A DNA stretch of 64,000 bases, taken from Thermoanaerobaculia bacterium (lineage in GTDB: Bacteria; Acidobacteriota; Thermoanaerobaculia; Multivoradales; JAGPDF01). The DNA is taken from positions 10,232-74,231 of the forward strand of contig JBDTQG010000001.1 of assembly GCA_039932315.1 (NCBI GenBank). The letters are read 5' to 3'. The notes beneath the pieces are model-generated. The model saw only the letters and a program-made list of their open reading frames with translations. It searched no databases and had not been told where the DNA came from. A program made the position numbers and the translations under genes. The first letter of the stretch is position 1; every line of letters begins with the position of its first letter. Positions 34,648-45,100 of the stretch are shown in pieces.

Positions 34648-35922
34648 ATGACCGGTGATTTGCCCAGGGTAGTGATTCTCGGCGGCGGCTTCGGCGGTCT
34701 CGCGGCGGCGAAGGCGCTGTCGCGCGCAGCGGTGCGCGTCACGCTCGTCGACCGCAAGAACCATCATCTCTTCCAGCCTCTGCTCTATCAGGTCGCCTCC
34801 GCTGGCCTCGCCCCGGGCGACATCGCGGCGTCGATCCGGCAGGTTCTGCGGCGCCAGAAGAACGCCACGGTGGCGATGGCCGAAGTCACCGGAGTCGATG
34901 CCGCGCGTCGCAAGGTGTTTCTGTCCGCTCCGGAACGCGGTCACGTCGAGCTTGACTACGACTTCCTGATCGTCGCCACCGGCGTCAAGCAGAGCTATTT
35001 CGGCCACGATGAATTTGCTCCGTTCGCCCCCGCGCTGAAGACGATCGAAGACGCGACCGCGATGCGCGCGGCGGTCCTCGGAGCGTTCGAACGCGCGGAG
35101 CTGCAGGCGGATCCCGAAGACCGGCCGGATCTCCTGACCTTCGTTCTCGTCGGCGCGGGACCGACCGGAGTCGAGATGGCCGGGGCGCTCGCCGAGCTCA
35201 CGCGGGCGACTCTTGCCAGGGATTTTCGCCGCATCGATCCGCGCCGTTCGCGGATCGTCCTGCTCGAAGCCGGTCCGCGGATTCTGCCGACGTTTCACGA
35301 AAACCTCGCGGCGAAAGTACGGCGGCGCCTCGAGAAGATGGGCGTCGAGGTGCGCTGCGGCAAGGCCGTCGAGCTCGTCGATGCCGACGGCGTACAGGTC
35401 GGCGGCGAACGAATCGATGCCGGGGTCGTGCTGTGGACGGCCGGCGTCAAGCCGTCCCCGGCAGCCGCCTGGCTTGCCGCGGAAACGGACCGCGCGGGCC
35501 GGGTCAAGGTGGGAGACGATCTTTCGCTGACGTCGCACCCGGAGGTTTTCGTCGTCGGCGATGTCTCCGCCCGCGAGCAGAACGGCAAGCAGCTCCCCGG
35601 GGTCGCGCAGGTCGCCATTCAGGGCGGCCGCTTCGCCGGCCGGACGATCGCCGCCCGCGTCGCCGGGCGCAGCGGAGTCGGCCCCTTCCGCTACTTCAAC
35701 AAGGGGGACATGGCGGTCGTCGGACGCAACTTCGCGATTCTCGAACGGGGCGGAGTCCGCATCGGCGGCTTTTTCGCCTGGCTCGCCTGGGTGTTCGTCC
35801 ACGTCGTCTCGCTGGCACTCTTCAACAACCGGCTCATCGTCTTCACCCAGTGGGCCTGGTCGTACTTCACCTTCGAACGCGGATCGCGATTGATCACGGC
35901 GCCTCCCCCTCCGCCATCTTGA
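34639..35922 (+). CDS. ndh: Type II NADH dehydrogenase (NDH-2) / FAD-dependent pyridine nucleotide-disulfide oxidoreductase
   Basis: It lies in frame with the 34423..35922 ORF and has two dinucleotide-binding motifs, VVILGGGFGG and FVLVGAGPTGVE. An alternative ATG lies at 34648. Confidence 0.85.
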   Translation: MPAMTGDLPRVVILGGGFGGLAAAKALSRAAVRVTLVDRKNHHLFQPLLYQVASAGLAPGDIAASIRQVLRRQKNATVAMAEVTGVDAARRKVFLSAPERGHVELDYDFLIVATGVKQSYFGHDEFAPFAPALKTIEDATAMRAAVLGAFERAELQADPEDRPDLLTFVLVGAGPTGVEMAGALAELTRATLARDFRRIDPRRSRIVLLEAGPRILPTFHENLAAKVRRRLEKMGVEVRCGKAVELVDADGVQVGGERIDAGVVLWTAGVKPSPAAAWLAAETDRAGRVKVGDDLSLTSHPEVFVVGDVSAREQNGKQLPGVAQVAIQGGRFAGRTIAARVAGRSGVGPFRYFNKGDMAVVGRNFAILERGGVRIGGFFAWLAWVFVHVVSLALFNNRLIVFTQWAWSYFTFERGSRLITAPPPPPS

Positions 35923-35978
35923 GGCCCCTCCCGGCGGATGGAGAGCCGCGGTACCTCCTCTCCTCCGGTGTGACCTGT

Positions 35979-36007
35979 TTGACAAGTAATCCGCCAATTC
36001 GTAGGCT
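35979..36007 (+). promoter_or_regulatory. Sigma-70-like promoter candidate
   Basis: It consists of TTGACA (35979-35984), a 17-nt spacer and TAGGCT (36002-36007). It lies ~35 nt upstream of the ATG at 36043, which is preceded by GAGGGGG. Confidence 0.45.
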
Positions 36008-36042
36008 TCGGCCTCAAGGCGTTCACTTTGAGGGGGTTCCAG

Positions 36043-36792
36043 ATGAAGCGATGGATGATGTCCGCAATGATGCTTCCGCTGGCGGCTTCGGTGGCATTCG
36101 CCGCGGCGAAGCCGGCCAAGACCGCTCCGACAGGTGCTTCCGCCGCCGTCGCGCGCAAGGCCGCCCCGGGGACTCCGCGCGTCAAGGCCCACATGCGTCC
36201 CTCGGTGAACGGCGTCGTTCCCGAAGGCTCCGGCACGATCACCTACGACAACAACGTTCCCTTCAACCGCAACGGAACGCTCGGCGGCACGGTCGGTAAC
36301 CTGTTCACGCCGCCCGTCGATCCGCACGGCGTCGCCTCGGCGTCGTTCCGCATCGCGGGCAACTACGGAACGAGCATGGTCCTGAGCATCTGGGACAAGG
36401 AGCCGGCGTCCTTCATGCTGCTCCACCGCGAACTCGTCTCCAGCCTGCCCTCTTCGGCGACGGCGACCATGGGAACTGCGGTGGTTCCGCTGACCATGGC
36501 GATTGTGGCGCACAGCGGACAGCTCCAGGGCGGATTGCGGAATTCCGACTACGCGACCTGCAACGGCGATGTGGCGCTCAATTCGACGTGCGACGGTGTC
36601 GCGCTGACGATGGGCGGCGTGGATCCCGGCATGGGCTTCCATGGGCTGAAGGTTCCGTTCAATTCGACCATGTTCGTACCCACGGTCACCACGGTTGCCG
36701 GTACGGGAACGTCCCTCGGGACGATCAACGCGATCTTCCGCATCACGGGCGACAACCTTCCCGTGGAGCTGATGAAGTTCGGCGTCGAATAA
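36043..36792 (+). CDS. Hypothetical secreted protein
   Basis: The ATG at 36043 lies within the 36028..36792 ORF. The signal peptide is MKRWMMSAMMLPLAASVAFAAA and the sequence ends ...GDNLPVELMKFGVE. I recognise no family. Confidence 0.65.
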   Translation: MKRWMMSAMMLPLAASVAFAAAKPAKTAPTGASAAVARKAAPGTPRVKAHMRPSVNGVVPEGSGTITYDNNVPFNRNGTLGGTVGNLFTPPVDPHGVASASFRIAGNYGTSMVLSIWDKEPASFMLLHRELVSSLPSSATATMGTAVVPLTMAIVAHSGQLQGGLRNSDYATCNGDVALNSTCDGVALTMGGVDPGMGFHGLKVPFNSTMFVPTVTTVAGTGTSLGTINAIFRITGDNLPVELMKFGVE

Positions 36793-36816
36793 GCTCGAAT
36801 CAAGCAGGATTTTGCG

Positions 36817-36844
36817 AGGGGCACTCTTCCAGGGTGCCCCTTTT
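36817..36844 (+). terminator. Rho-independent terminator candidate
   Basis: The stem aggggcac (36817-36824) pairs with gtgcccct (36834-36841) around a 9-nt loop and is followed by ttt. Confidence 0.6.
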
Positions 36845-36870
36845 CATGTCCGGGGAGTCCGAGAACAACG

Positions 36871-38370
36871 ATGAAATTCTCCGCGATCGTCGGCGCCTGG
36901 CTCCTCTCGAGCGTCGGCCTGGCGCTCGGTGCCTCCCCTTCCGGAGCGCCTCTTCGCCTGAAGGACGTCTCCGACGCCGACATCGCCGCCTGGTCGAGAT
37001 ATGTCGAGCTCACCGACGGCGCGAGTTCGAGTCTCTCCCGAGAACGGAAAGCGGAGGAGATCGTCATCCTCTACGCTCTCGCGGAGCGGCTGGCGGACGA
37101 TTCGACGCCCGAGCTCCAGCTGCGGCTGGACCGGCTCGCCGAGGAGCTCGCGGCGCGCCACCTCGAAGAGCAGCTCCGTCGAGTCGCCGTTCCGGGAGAA
37201 GCCGAGGTACGGGCTGCCTTCGAGGTCCGGCGGGAGCGTCTCCGCAGGCCGCGCCTCGTCCGGCTCTCGGATCTCTTCAAGCGCTTTCCCGACGGCGCCT
37301 CCGAAGAGCAGCGGGCAGCGACCCGCAAGAGCCTCGAGAATCTGCGCGACCGGGTCGTCGCCGGCGAGTCTTTCGCCCTTCTCGCGCAGGCGGAATCGGA
37401 CTCTTCGACGCGGGATCGCGGCGGCGCCGCCGGCTTCGTCGCGCCGGAGGACCTTCTTCCGGAGCTCGCGCGCGTCGTCTCCGGAATGAAACCCGGCGAT
37501 CTCTCCCCGGTCATCGACCTGCCGGGGGGCGCGGTGCTGCTGCTGTGCGGCGGAATCGATCCCGGATACGAGCCCTCCTTCGCTGCGGACCGGTCGGTCG
37601 TGGAGAGCGAGCTCCTCGAGGAGCGCGTCGCTTCCCGCCGCGCCGAAATCGACGCTCGCGTCGCCGGGAAGTTGGCCGCCGGGCAGCCGGAAGAGAGCTC
37701 GAAAGAGTCTCCCGGAACGGCGCGCAGCCGGCTTCTCGAGGCCGAAGCGCGCGCCCTGGGCTGGGTCGAGGGCGCCGACGACGCTCTCCTCTCCCGCTAC
37801 CGGAGTCTCGCCGTGCGGGCGCAGCTCGCCGCGGACGATTTCGCCGCGTCGGCGGTCGGTGAGCCGACCGAGGAGGAGGTTCGCTCGGCGTGGGAATCGA
37901 CTCGCTCGAGCTGGTTCGAGCCGCGCCGGCGACATCTCCGCGCTCTGACGATCGACATCGACCGGACGAAGAGTGGCGGCATGTACGAATCCTTTCTCGC
38001 GGCGGGCCGAACTCTCGCCGCGGCGGAGCCCGGGCCGAATACACTCGAGAAGGTTCGGGACGCCGTCGCGCCCGAGGGGAGACTCGAGGACCTGGGATGG
38101 CTGGCGGACGACGAGATCTGGGCTCTGGGCCGGAACGCAACCAGCGCGATCGGCGGAATGACGGTGGGCCGGTTCACGGCCGCCGTGCAGGAGGGCCGGC
38201 GCCTGCGGATCTTCGAACTGGTTGCCGAGCGCGAGCGGCGGGAGAAGACGGCGGCCGAGGCGGAGCCCGAGGTGAAGAGCTGGAGGGTCGCCGTGCGCCG
38301 GAAAGCGGCGGTCCAGCAGCTGCGACGCACGATCGTCGACGCCGCGCGGGATCCGGGAGCAGACTCGTGA
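36871..38370 (+). CDS. SurA/PpiD-like periplasmic chaperone with a parvulin-type PPIase domain
   Basis: The 499-aa ORF has a signal peptide and a parvulin-like core (VRLSDLFKRF...GESFALLAQAESDSSTRDRGGAAGFV...PGDLSPVIDLPGGAVLL). Confidence 0.68.
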   Translation: MKFSAIVGAWLLSSVGLALGASPSGAPLRLKDVSDADIAAWSRYVELTDGASSSLSRERKAEEIVILYALAERLADDSTPELQLRLDRLAEELAARHLEEQLRRVAVPGEAEVRAAFEVRRERLRRPRLVRLSDLFKRFPDGASEEQRAATRKSLENLRDRVVAGESFALLAQAESDSSTRDRGGAAGFVAPEDLLPELARVVSGMKPGDLSPVIDLPGGAVLLLCGGIDPGYEPSFAADRSVVESELLEERVASRRAEIDARVAGKLAAGQPEESSKESPGTARSRLLEAEARALGWVEGADDALLSRYRSLAVRAQLAADDFAASAVGEPTEEEVRSAWESTRSSWFEPRRRHLRALTIDIDRTKSGGMYESFLAAGRTLAAAEPGPNTLEKVRDAVAPEGRLEDLGWLADDEIWALGRNATSAIGGMTVGRFTAAVQEGRRLRIFELVAERERREKTAAEAEPEVKSWRVAVRRKAAVQQLRRTIVDAARDPGADS

Positions 38371-40475
38371 AGCTGCGGAGCCTGCTTCCCGTATTGGCGC
38401 TTTTTGCGTTCGCCTGCGGCAGCCGCGAGAAGCCGTGGAATCTTCTCGTCGTCACGCTCGACACGACGCGCGCCGATGCTCTCGGCTGTTACGGAAACGC
38501 CGGGATCCGGACGCCTCATCTCGACCGCCTGGCGCGCGAGGGAATCGTTTTCGAAAACGCGATGACCGCGGTGCCGATCACGACGCCGTCGCATTCCACG
38601 ATCTTCACCGGCACCTACCCGCTGGCGCACGGGGTCCGCGACAACGGCCGCTTCAAGCTGGCGCCTTCGAGCTCGACCTTGGCCGAGAGGCTCCACGAGA
38701 GAGGATTCGCGACGGGAGCGGCGATCGGAGCGTTTCCGCTGACGAAGAACTGGGGGCTCGACCAGGGTTTCGACTTCTACGACGACCACATCACGGTCGC
38801 GACGGAAGACGAAGGCGGTCGGCGGCGCGTGCCGTTCAAGATGTTCTTCGACGAGCGACCCGCGTCGCGCGTCAACGACGCGATCCTGCCCTGGTTGCGG
38901 GAGCACGGACAGAAGCAGTTCTTCGCCTGGGTCCACTACTGGGACGCCCATCAGCCCCATGTGCCGCCGCCACCCTTCTCCGATCTCTATCCCCACAATC
39001 TCTACTACGGCGAGATCGCGTACGTCGATCAGGCCGTCGGGGTGCTTTTCGAGGAGCTGCGACGTCAGGGCGTCGACGGACGTACCATCGTCCTCGTCGT
39101 CGGGGATCACGGAGAGGGTCTCGGAGAGCACGAGGAGGACACGCATTCGATGCTCCTCTACGAGGCGACGCTGCACGTGCCGATGATCCTCAAGTTCCCG
39201 GGCGGGCCTGCCGGGCTTCGGATCGCCGAACGCGTCGGCACGGTGGACATCGTGCCGACGTTGCTCGACCTTCTCGGCCTGCCGGCGGACGGCGAGGCGC
39301 AGGGTCGCTCCCTCGTGACGGCCGTCACGAATCCCGAGGCGGTGCCGGGCGATCGCCGGGCCTACTATTCGGAGACGCTCTCGCCGCGCTTGTCCTACGG
39401 TTGGGGAGAGCAGCGGGCGCTTTTTCTCGAACAGTGGAAGCTTCTGTTCGGGCCGCGCATCGAGCTCTACGATCTGCGGAAGGATCCGAGCGAGATCCAC
39501 AACCTCGCCCCCTCCGCGGAGGCCTCGCGGCTCGAGGCGGCCCTGCAGACCTTCGTCGACCGGCACGCCAGGGCCAGCGCCGCCAGCGCCGTTTCCGAGG
39601 TCGATGCCGAAACGCGCAGCCGGCTCGCAGCTCTCGGATATCTGAGTCTCGCCGGTGAGGCGCCCTCGGTCGAGGAGCGGCTGCGCCGCGACGGCGACGC
39701 GCCGCAGGACCACATCTCGCAGGTCTCGATCTGGAGCCGCTGCAAGTCGAGCCTCGAGAAGGGCGACTTTCTGGCGGCGCGCGAACTGGCGGTCCTTCTC
39801 ATCCAGCGCGATCCGCACAATCCCTTCTATCTGGCGTTGATGGTCTCGGCCGAGCTCGGGCTGGGACGGGTTCGGGAGGCCGCGACGATCGCCGAGAGCG
39901 GTCCGATTTCGCAGCCGAACGCCGACAACTACCAGCGGGTGGCGACGGAGCTCTTCGCCGGCGGAGATCGCGAGCGCGGCATCGCCCTGGCCCGGCGCGT
40001 CGCGAAAGAGGCTCCGTCCGCCGCGATCCTCTACCTCGTCGCGGAGATGTCGGGCGCCCAGGGAGATGCTGCCGGTCACGAGAAGGAGTTGCGGGCCGCT
40101 CTGGCGCTCGACGCGGCGTTCGGCCCGGCGCGGCGGAGTCTCGCGATCCTGCTCGCAACGGCGGGCCGGGACGAGGCCGCCGAAGCGGAGTTCCGCGAAA
40201 TGGTGACCCGCCAACCCCTCGATCCCATTTCGCATCTGAACTATGCGACCTTTCTCATGGCGAAGCAGAGATATCCGGACGCCGAGCGCGAGCTCGACCG
40301 GTCGATCGAGCTCGACCCCGTCTACTGGAAAGCGCAGATCGCCCGCGTCGTGCTCCTGAAGGCGACCGGCCGTGGCGAAGCGGCGCACGAGCTCGCGCAG
40401 CGCATCGCCGTGGAGAGTCCGGATGCCCAGCTCGCCGAACAGGCGCGACGGCTGGTCGAAGGTGTGCAGCCGTGA
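38367..40475 (+). CDS. Sulfatase-like (alkaline phosphatase superfamily) lipoprotein fused to TPR repeats
   Basis: The GTG start overlaps the upstream stop (GTGA). A lipobox-like FAFAC is present. The sequence has LVVTLDTTRADALGCYG, with TTPSH at the position of the sulfatase C/S-x-P-x-R motif. The C-terminal part is TPR. Confidence 0.78.
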   Translation: MKLRSLLPVLALFAFACGSREKPWNLLVVTLDTTRADALGCYGNAGIRTPHLDRLAREGIVFENAMTAVPITTPSHSTIFTGTYPLAHGVRDNGRFKLAPSSSTLAERLHERGFATGAAIGAFPLTKNWGLDQGFDFYDDHITVATEDEGGRRRVPFKMFFDERPASRVNDAILPWLREHGQKQFFAWVHYWDAHQPHVPPPPFSDLYPHNLYYGEIAYVDQAVGVLFEELRRQGVDGRTIVLVVGDHGEGLGEHEEDTHSMLLYEATLHVPMILKFPGGPAGLRIAERVGTVDIVPTLLDLLGLPADGEAQGRSLVTAVTNPEAVPGDRRAYYSETLSPRLSYGWGEQRALFLEQWKLLFGPRIELYDLRKDPSEIHNLAPSAEASRLEAALQTFVDRHARASAASAVSEVDAETRSRLAALGYLSLAGEAPSVEERLRRDGDAPQDHISQVSIWSRCKSSLEKGDFLAARELAVLLIQRDPHNPFYLALMVSAELGLGRVREAATIAESGPISQPNADNYQRVATELFAGGDRERGIALARRVAKEAPSAAILYLVAEMSGAQGDAAGHEKELRAALALDAAFGPARRSLAILLATAGRDEAAEAEFREMVTRQPLDPISHLNYATFLMAKQRYPDAERELDRSIELDPVYWKAQIARVVLLKATGRGEAAHELAQRIAVESPDAQLAEQARRLVEGVQP

Positions 40476-42169
40476 CGCGAAGAATCCTCACGGCTCTCCT
40501 TCTGGCCGTCGCACTCGGAGGCTGCCGGACGCCGGCCGACGATCCTGCGAGCGCCGCCACGACGGATCGCGGCGCCATCTCTTTCGCCGCGGTCGAACGC
40601 CGGCTCAATGCGCAAGGGGGTGCGACCTCCGCGGATCGTGCTCCGGAGTTGCTCGAAGCCTTCTCCCGCACCACTCGGGAGCTCGCCCTGCGCCAGCTGC
40701 TGATTCCGGAAGACTCGAACGAGCGCGATCGGGCGGTGACCGGGCTCGGTTCGGTCGGACCGAAGATCGAACATAGTACGGTCGTTCAACTCTACCGGGC
40801 GACTCAATACGGCCAGATCCATCTTCCCACCGAGGCGGACATCGCGGCGTCGTTTGCCGCCGCTGGAGATCGTTTCGTCCGGCCGGCGCAGCGCTTCGTC
40901 TGGCATCTCCTGCTGCGGGCCGAGCCGGGAGAGAGCGAAGCGTCGGTCATCGCGCGAGCTCGCGACCTCAAAGGGCGGATCGAGGCGGGCGCGAGCTTCT
41001 CGTCGATCGCGCGCCTTTACTCGCAGTCGGAAACCCGCGCGCTCGGCGGCCGTCTCGGCACGATCTCCAGGGGTCGCCTGCCGCCGGCACTCGAAAAAAT
41101 CGTCTTCGCCCTCGGCGAAGGCCAGGTCAGCGAACCCGTTCCGATCCCGGGAGGGGTGCTCCTGTTTCAGGCGACCGACGTCATCCCCGAGAAGCGTTTC
41201 GTGCTCGCGGACGTCAGGGCCTTGCTGGCGCGGGAAATTTTCGCCGACCGCCGCCGTCGCGCGGTTCGCGAGCTCGCCGAGAAAGAGCCGCTGCCCGAGA
41301 GCTCCAAGATTCTCGATCAGGAAGCGTTGCATCGCGCGCTCGCTCTCGGAGATTCCGAGATCCTGCTCCGGGTGGGCGAGGTGTCGTGGTCGTTGGGCGA
41401 TCTGAAGAAAGAAGTCGGCGCGAAACAGGCCGAGGAGAACTCGATGGCGACGGCGATCGAAATCGCGGACCGAGTCTACGAAGATTGGGTCGATTCGGAG
41501 CGCACCTACCGGCGCGCCGTGCGGGAGGGATTCCCCGTCGCGCGAGCGGGGGAGCTCGCAGAGCGGCAGCGAGAGGCGCTCGACGAGGAGATCTACTCCC
41601 GCGCCCTCGAGGAAAGGCTCGAGAAGGCCGCGCTCGCCCGGAAAGACGAGATGGAGCGCTTCTACGACGACAACAAGTTTCTCTATCAGAGCCCGCTCCG
41701 GTTCAAGTTGCGCATGCTCTCGATTCCCATCGGCGCATCGCCGTCGTCGCAGCTCACGGCTCTCGGCAAGGCGCAGTCCGAGCTTGAAAGCGGCCGGATG
41801 AAACTCGAAACCCTCGCCGCACAGATGGGCGGCCGGGTTCAGGACGCCGGCTGGTCGACGGCGCGCGATCTCGAATCGTTCGAGCCCAAGATCCGGTATT
41901 TCCTGGCCGACATGACGTCGCCGGGATTCTCGGTGCCTTTCCAGTTCAACCAGGAGCTGTGCATCATCGAGGTCGTCGAGCGCCGTGAGCCGGAAGTACG
42001 GCCTTATTCCGACGTCTCGGCGGCTGTCCTGCGCGATTTCATCGAACGCCGCCGGCAGGACCTCTTCCGCTCCGTGCAGGAGGAGGCGCTTCGGAGAGGT
42101 CACTATCGATACCGGGAAGAGGGCGTCCGCGCCCATCTCGGCCTCGCACCGCCCACGACGTCGCAATGA
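40472..42169 (+). CDS. Lipoprotein with a parvulin-type PPIase domain (SurA/PpiD-like)
   Basis: The 565-aa ORF overlaps its neighbour by GTGA and has the lipobox LALGGC. The parvulin-like core is VWHLLLRAE...GASFSSIARLYSQSETRALGGRLG...VSEPVPIPGGVLLF. Confidence 0.68.
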   Translation: MTRRILTALLLAVALGGCRTPADDPASAATTDRGAISFAAVERRLNAQGGATSADRAPELLEAFSRTTRELALRQLLIPEDSNERDRAVTGLGSVGPKIEHSTVVQLYRATQYGQIHLPTEADIAASFAAAGDRFVRPAQRFVWHLLLRAEPGESEASVIARARDLKGRIEAGASFSSIARLYSQSETRALGGRLGTISRGRLPPALEKIVFALGEGQVSEPVPIPGGVLLFQATDVIPEKRFVLADVRALLAREIFADRRRRAVRELAEKEPLPESSKILDQEALHRALALGDSEILLRVGEVSWSLGDLKKEVGAKQAEENSMATAIEIADRVYEDWVDSERTYRRAVREGFPVARAGELAERQREALDEEIYSRALEERLEKAALARKDEMERFYDDNKFLYQSPLRFKLRMLSIPIGASPSSQLTALGKAQSELESGRMKLETLAAQMGGRVQDAGWSTARDLESFEPKIRYFLADMTSPGFSVPFQFNQELCIIEVVERREPEVRPYSDVSAAVLRDFIERRRQDLFRSVQEEALRRGHYRYREEGVRAHLGLAPPTTSQ

Positions 42170-45100
42170 ACGTGGGGACTCCGCCGGGAAGGGTGGAGAC
42201 GGCGGGGCGGCGAAGTCGGTTCCGCTGGTTCGTTTCGATCGCCTGCTTCCTGTTCTCGGGCGCCTCTTCTCTCCTTTTTCAGACCGTCTGGACGCAGCAG
42301 TTCGGCCTCGTCTTCGGAGCCTCCGAACTCGCCGCAGTCGCCGTGCTCGCGGCTTTCATGTCGGGGCTCGCGCTGGGTTCGTACCGGGGCGGAATCTGGT
42401 CGGCGCGGAGCCTCCGGCCCCTCTTCTCCTATGGCCTCGTGGAAGCCGCGATCGGCCTCTACGCTCTCGCACTACCGTGGCTCATCGGGCTCGCCGCTCG
42501 CGCGCAGCAACTCGTGTTCGAGATCGACGGCTTCGAATCCGCGCGCGGCGTCGCCTGGAGGACAGGATTTCAGCTCCTCGGCGCCGGACTGCTGCTGCTT
42601 CCTCCGACTTTCCTCATGGGCGCTTCGTTGCCGCTCCTCGTCCGTTCGGGGGCCCGGCAGGAAGGGGAAGTCGGAGGCCGCATCGGTTGGCTCTACGCGG
42701 CGAATACCGTCGGCGCCGCCGCCGGTGCGCTCGTCACCGGGTTCTTCCTGCTGCCACACCTGGGCGTCGGACGCGCCGCGTATGTCGGCATCGCCCTCAA
42801 CTTCGCGGTGGCGTTTCTGGCCGTCGCGGCTTCGCGCGGCGAGTCTCGCTCCACCGCGGGGCGCACGGTAGAGACTTCGAACGAGGAGGCAGGCCCGGTC
42901 GAACCGTCGCGATTTTCCGGCGCGGTCGCGGTCGCCGCCGTCGCCGGCGCTCTCGCTCTCGGCCAGGAGATCGTCTGTGCCCGTCTGTTCACCTTCGCGC
43001 TCGGCAGCAGCGTCTGCGCTCTCTCGACGATGCTCGCGACCTTTCTGCTGGCGATCGCCGTCGGCACTGCGATCGCAGCGCGTTTCGCCACGACGGCGCA
43101 GAAGGCGGACCGCGCCCTGCCCGTGGCGCTCTTCATCGCCGGCGCGGCGAACGCCATGGCGATGGCCGGCGCCGATCAGATGCCGCGTTTTCTCGACAGC
43201 GACATCCTCCACGCCACGCCGCTCGCGTCGGCCACGCTGTTCGCCTTCGTCCTCATGTTTCCGGGCGCCGCCGCTCTCGGAACCTGCTTTCCTCTGGCCG
43301 CGCGGGCCCGGACCCGCGGCGGGGAGTCCGCGTCGCGCGCCACTGGACTCGTGCTGGCGGCGAACACGGTCGGTGCCGTGGTCGGAGTCACGGCGGTCGG
43401 CCTCTTACTGTTGCCGGCGCTCGGTTTCGGTCCGCTCGCCCGTCTGCTCTCCTGCCTGACTCTCGCCACGGCCGCTCTCGCCGGGATGCGCGATCGTCGC
43501 TCGCTGGCGATCGCGGCCGTGGCGCTCGCCGTGGTCCTCGCGCTCCGGGGACCGTCGACGCCCTGGGCGCTGCTCAAGACCTCTCCGACGGCGGTTCTCG
43601 CCGGCGAGAAGGCCGACGCCGGCGGCCCGGCCCGGCCGAGAGGGCGCTTCACCTTCGCCGGTCCGCTCGAGTTCGCAGGCTTCGGCCAGTCGTCGACGGT
43701 CCTTCTCCAGAAAGACGGCCTCGAGTGGCGGCTCAGCACGAACGGGCTTCCTGAATCGGCCGTGCAACCGCCGGGCGGGCGCATCGCACGGTACGCCGTG
43801 GCGCGCTGGCTCACGCTGCTCCCGACGGCGTTGCGAGCCGAGGTCCCGCGCCTGCTCGTCGTGGGGTTGGGGGCGGGGCATTCGCTCATGAATCTGCCCG
43901 AGAGCGTGCGCACGATCGACGTCGTGGAGCTGGAGCCCGAAGTGTTGCGGGCGAATCGCGAAATTTCGCGCTACCGCGACGTCGATCCGCTTTCCGATCC
44001 CCGCGTGCGGGTTCATCTGGGAGATGCGCGCACGACACTGGCGCTTTCGCGGGAGCGGTTCGATGCGATCGTCTCGCAACCGTCGCACCCCTGGACGGTC
44101 GGCTCCGCGAGCCTCTTCACCGCGGAATTTTTCTCGCTCGTGCGGACCCGGCTGAAACCGGAGGGCGTGTTCGTCCAGTGGATCGGAACGGATTTCGTCG
44201 ACGCGCCGCTCGTGCGTTCGCTGCTCGCGACCCTTCGTGGCGTCTTCCGACACGTCGAGTGCTATCGCATCGCGGCCGGCGGAGCCCTGCTGTTCGCCGC
44301 GTCCGATCAGGCGCTGCTCGATCCGTCGATCGCGCGGATTGCGATCGAGCGCGACGCGGCCCACTGGAGCCCGCTCGGCGTCGAGAGCGTCGAAGACGTC
44401 TTCCTCGCCCGGCTGCTCGACGACGAAGGGACGCGCCATTTCTCGACGGGCGGGACGACGAATCGCGATCTCGAAAACCGCCTCCAGACGGAAGCGCCGA
44501 AGCTCATTCGCCGGCCGGCCGATCCGGCGATTCTGGAGCAGGCCCTGTCGCCGTTCGACTCGCTGCGCGAGCTGCCCGCGGGCCTCGACGGAAGTTATGT
44601 CGTTCGACGCCTCCTCGAGCGCGGGTCTCCGGTGCGGGCGCTTCGGGTCGCGACGGAGCTCGCGGATGGCTCGTCGAGGCGAGCGGCCTTCGCCTGGATC
44701 GATCGCGGGAACGGCGTTTCCCGGCGAGCTGACAACTCCACTCTCATCGCGATGGCGGAGACCGCCGGCGGACAGCCGGGTGCCGACGAGGTCGCGATCC
44801 GGCTGCTCGCGCTCTCCGAGAGCTCTCCCGGGGCGGAGGGCCGAGCGGATCGGAATGCCGGGCTTGAAGCCGTCGCCGCGGGCGATCGGGCGGCGGAGGT
44901 TGTCGTCGAGGCCTGGCGAGCTCTTGCGGCCGACGGCGCTGCGGACGGGCCTGGGCTCGAAGACCGACTGGCCTCGGTCCCGCCGCTGCATCCACTGCGG
45001 GATTCCGCAAGAGTGGCCGACATCGCCCTGCGCCGCCGCTCCGGGGAGAAGTCCGAAGTCGAAACGGCGATTCGCGAGATCGACACGCTGCTGGCGCGTC

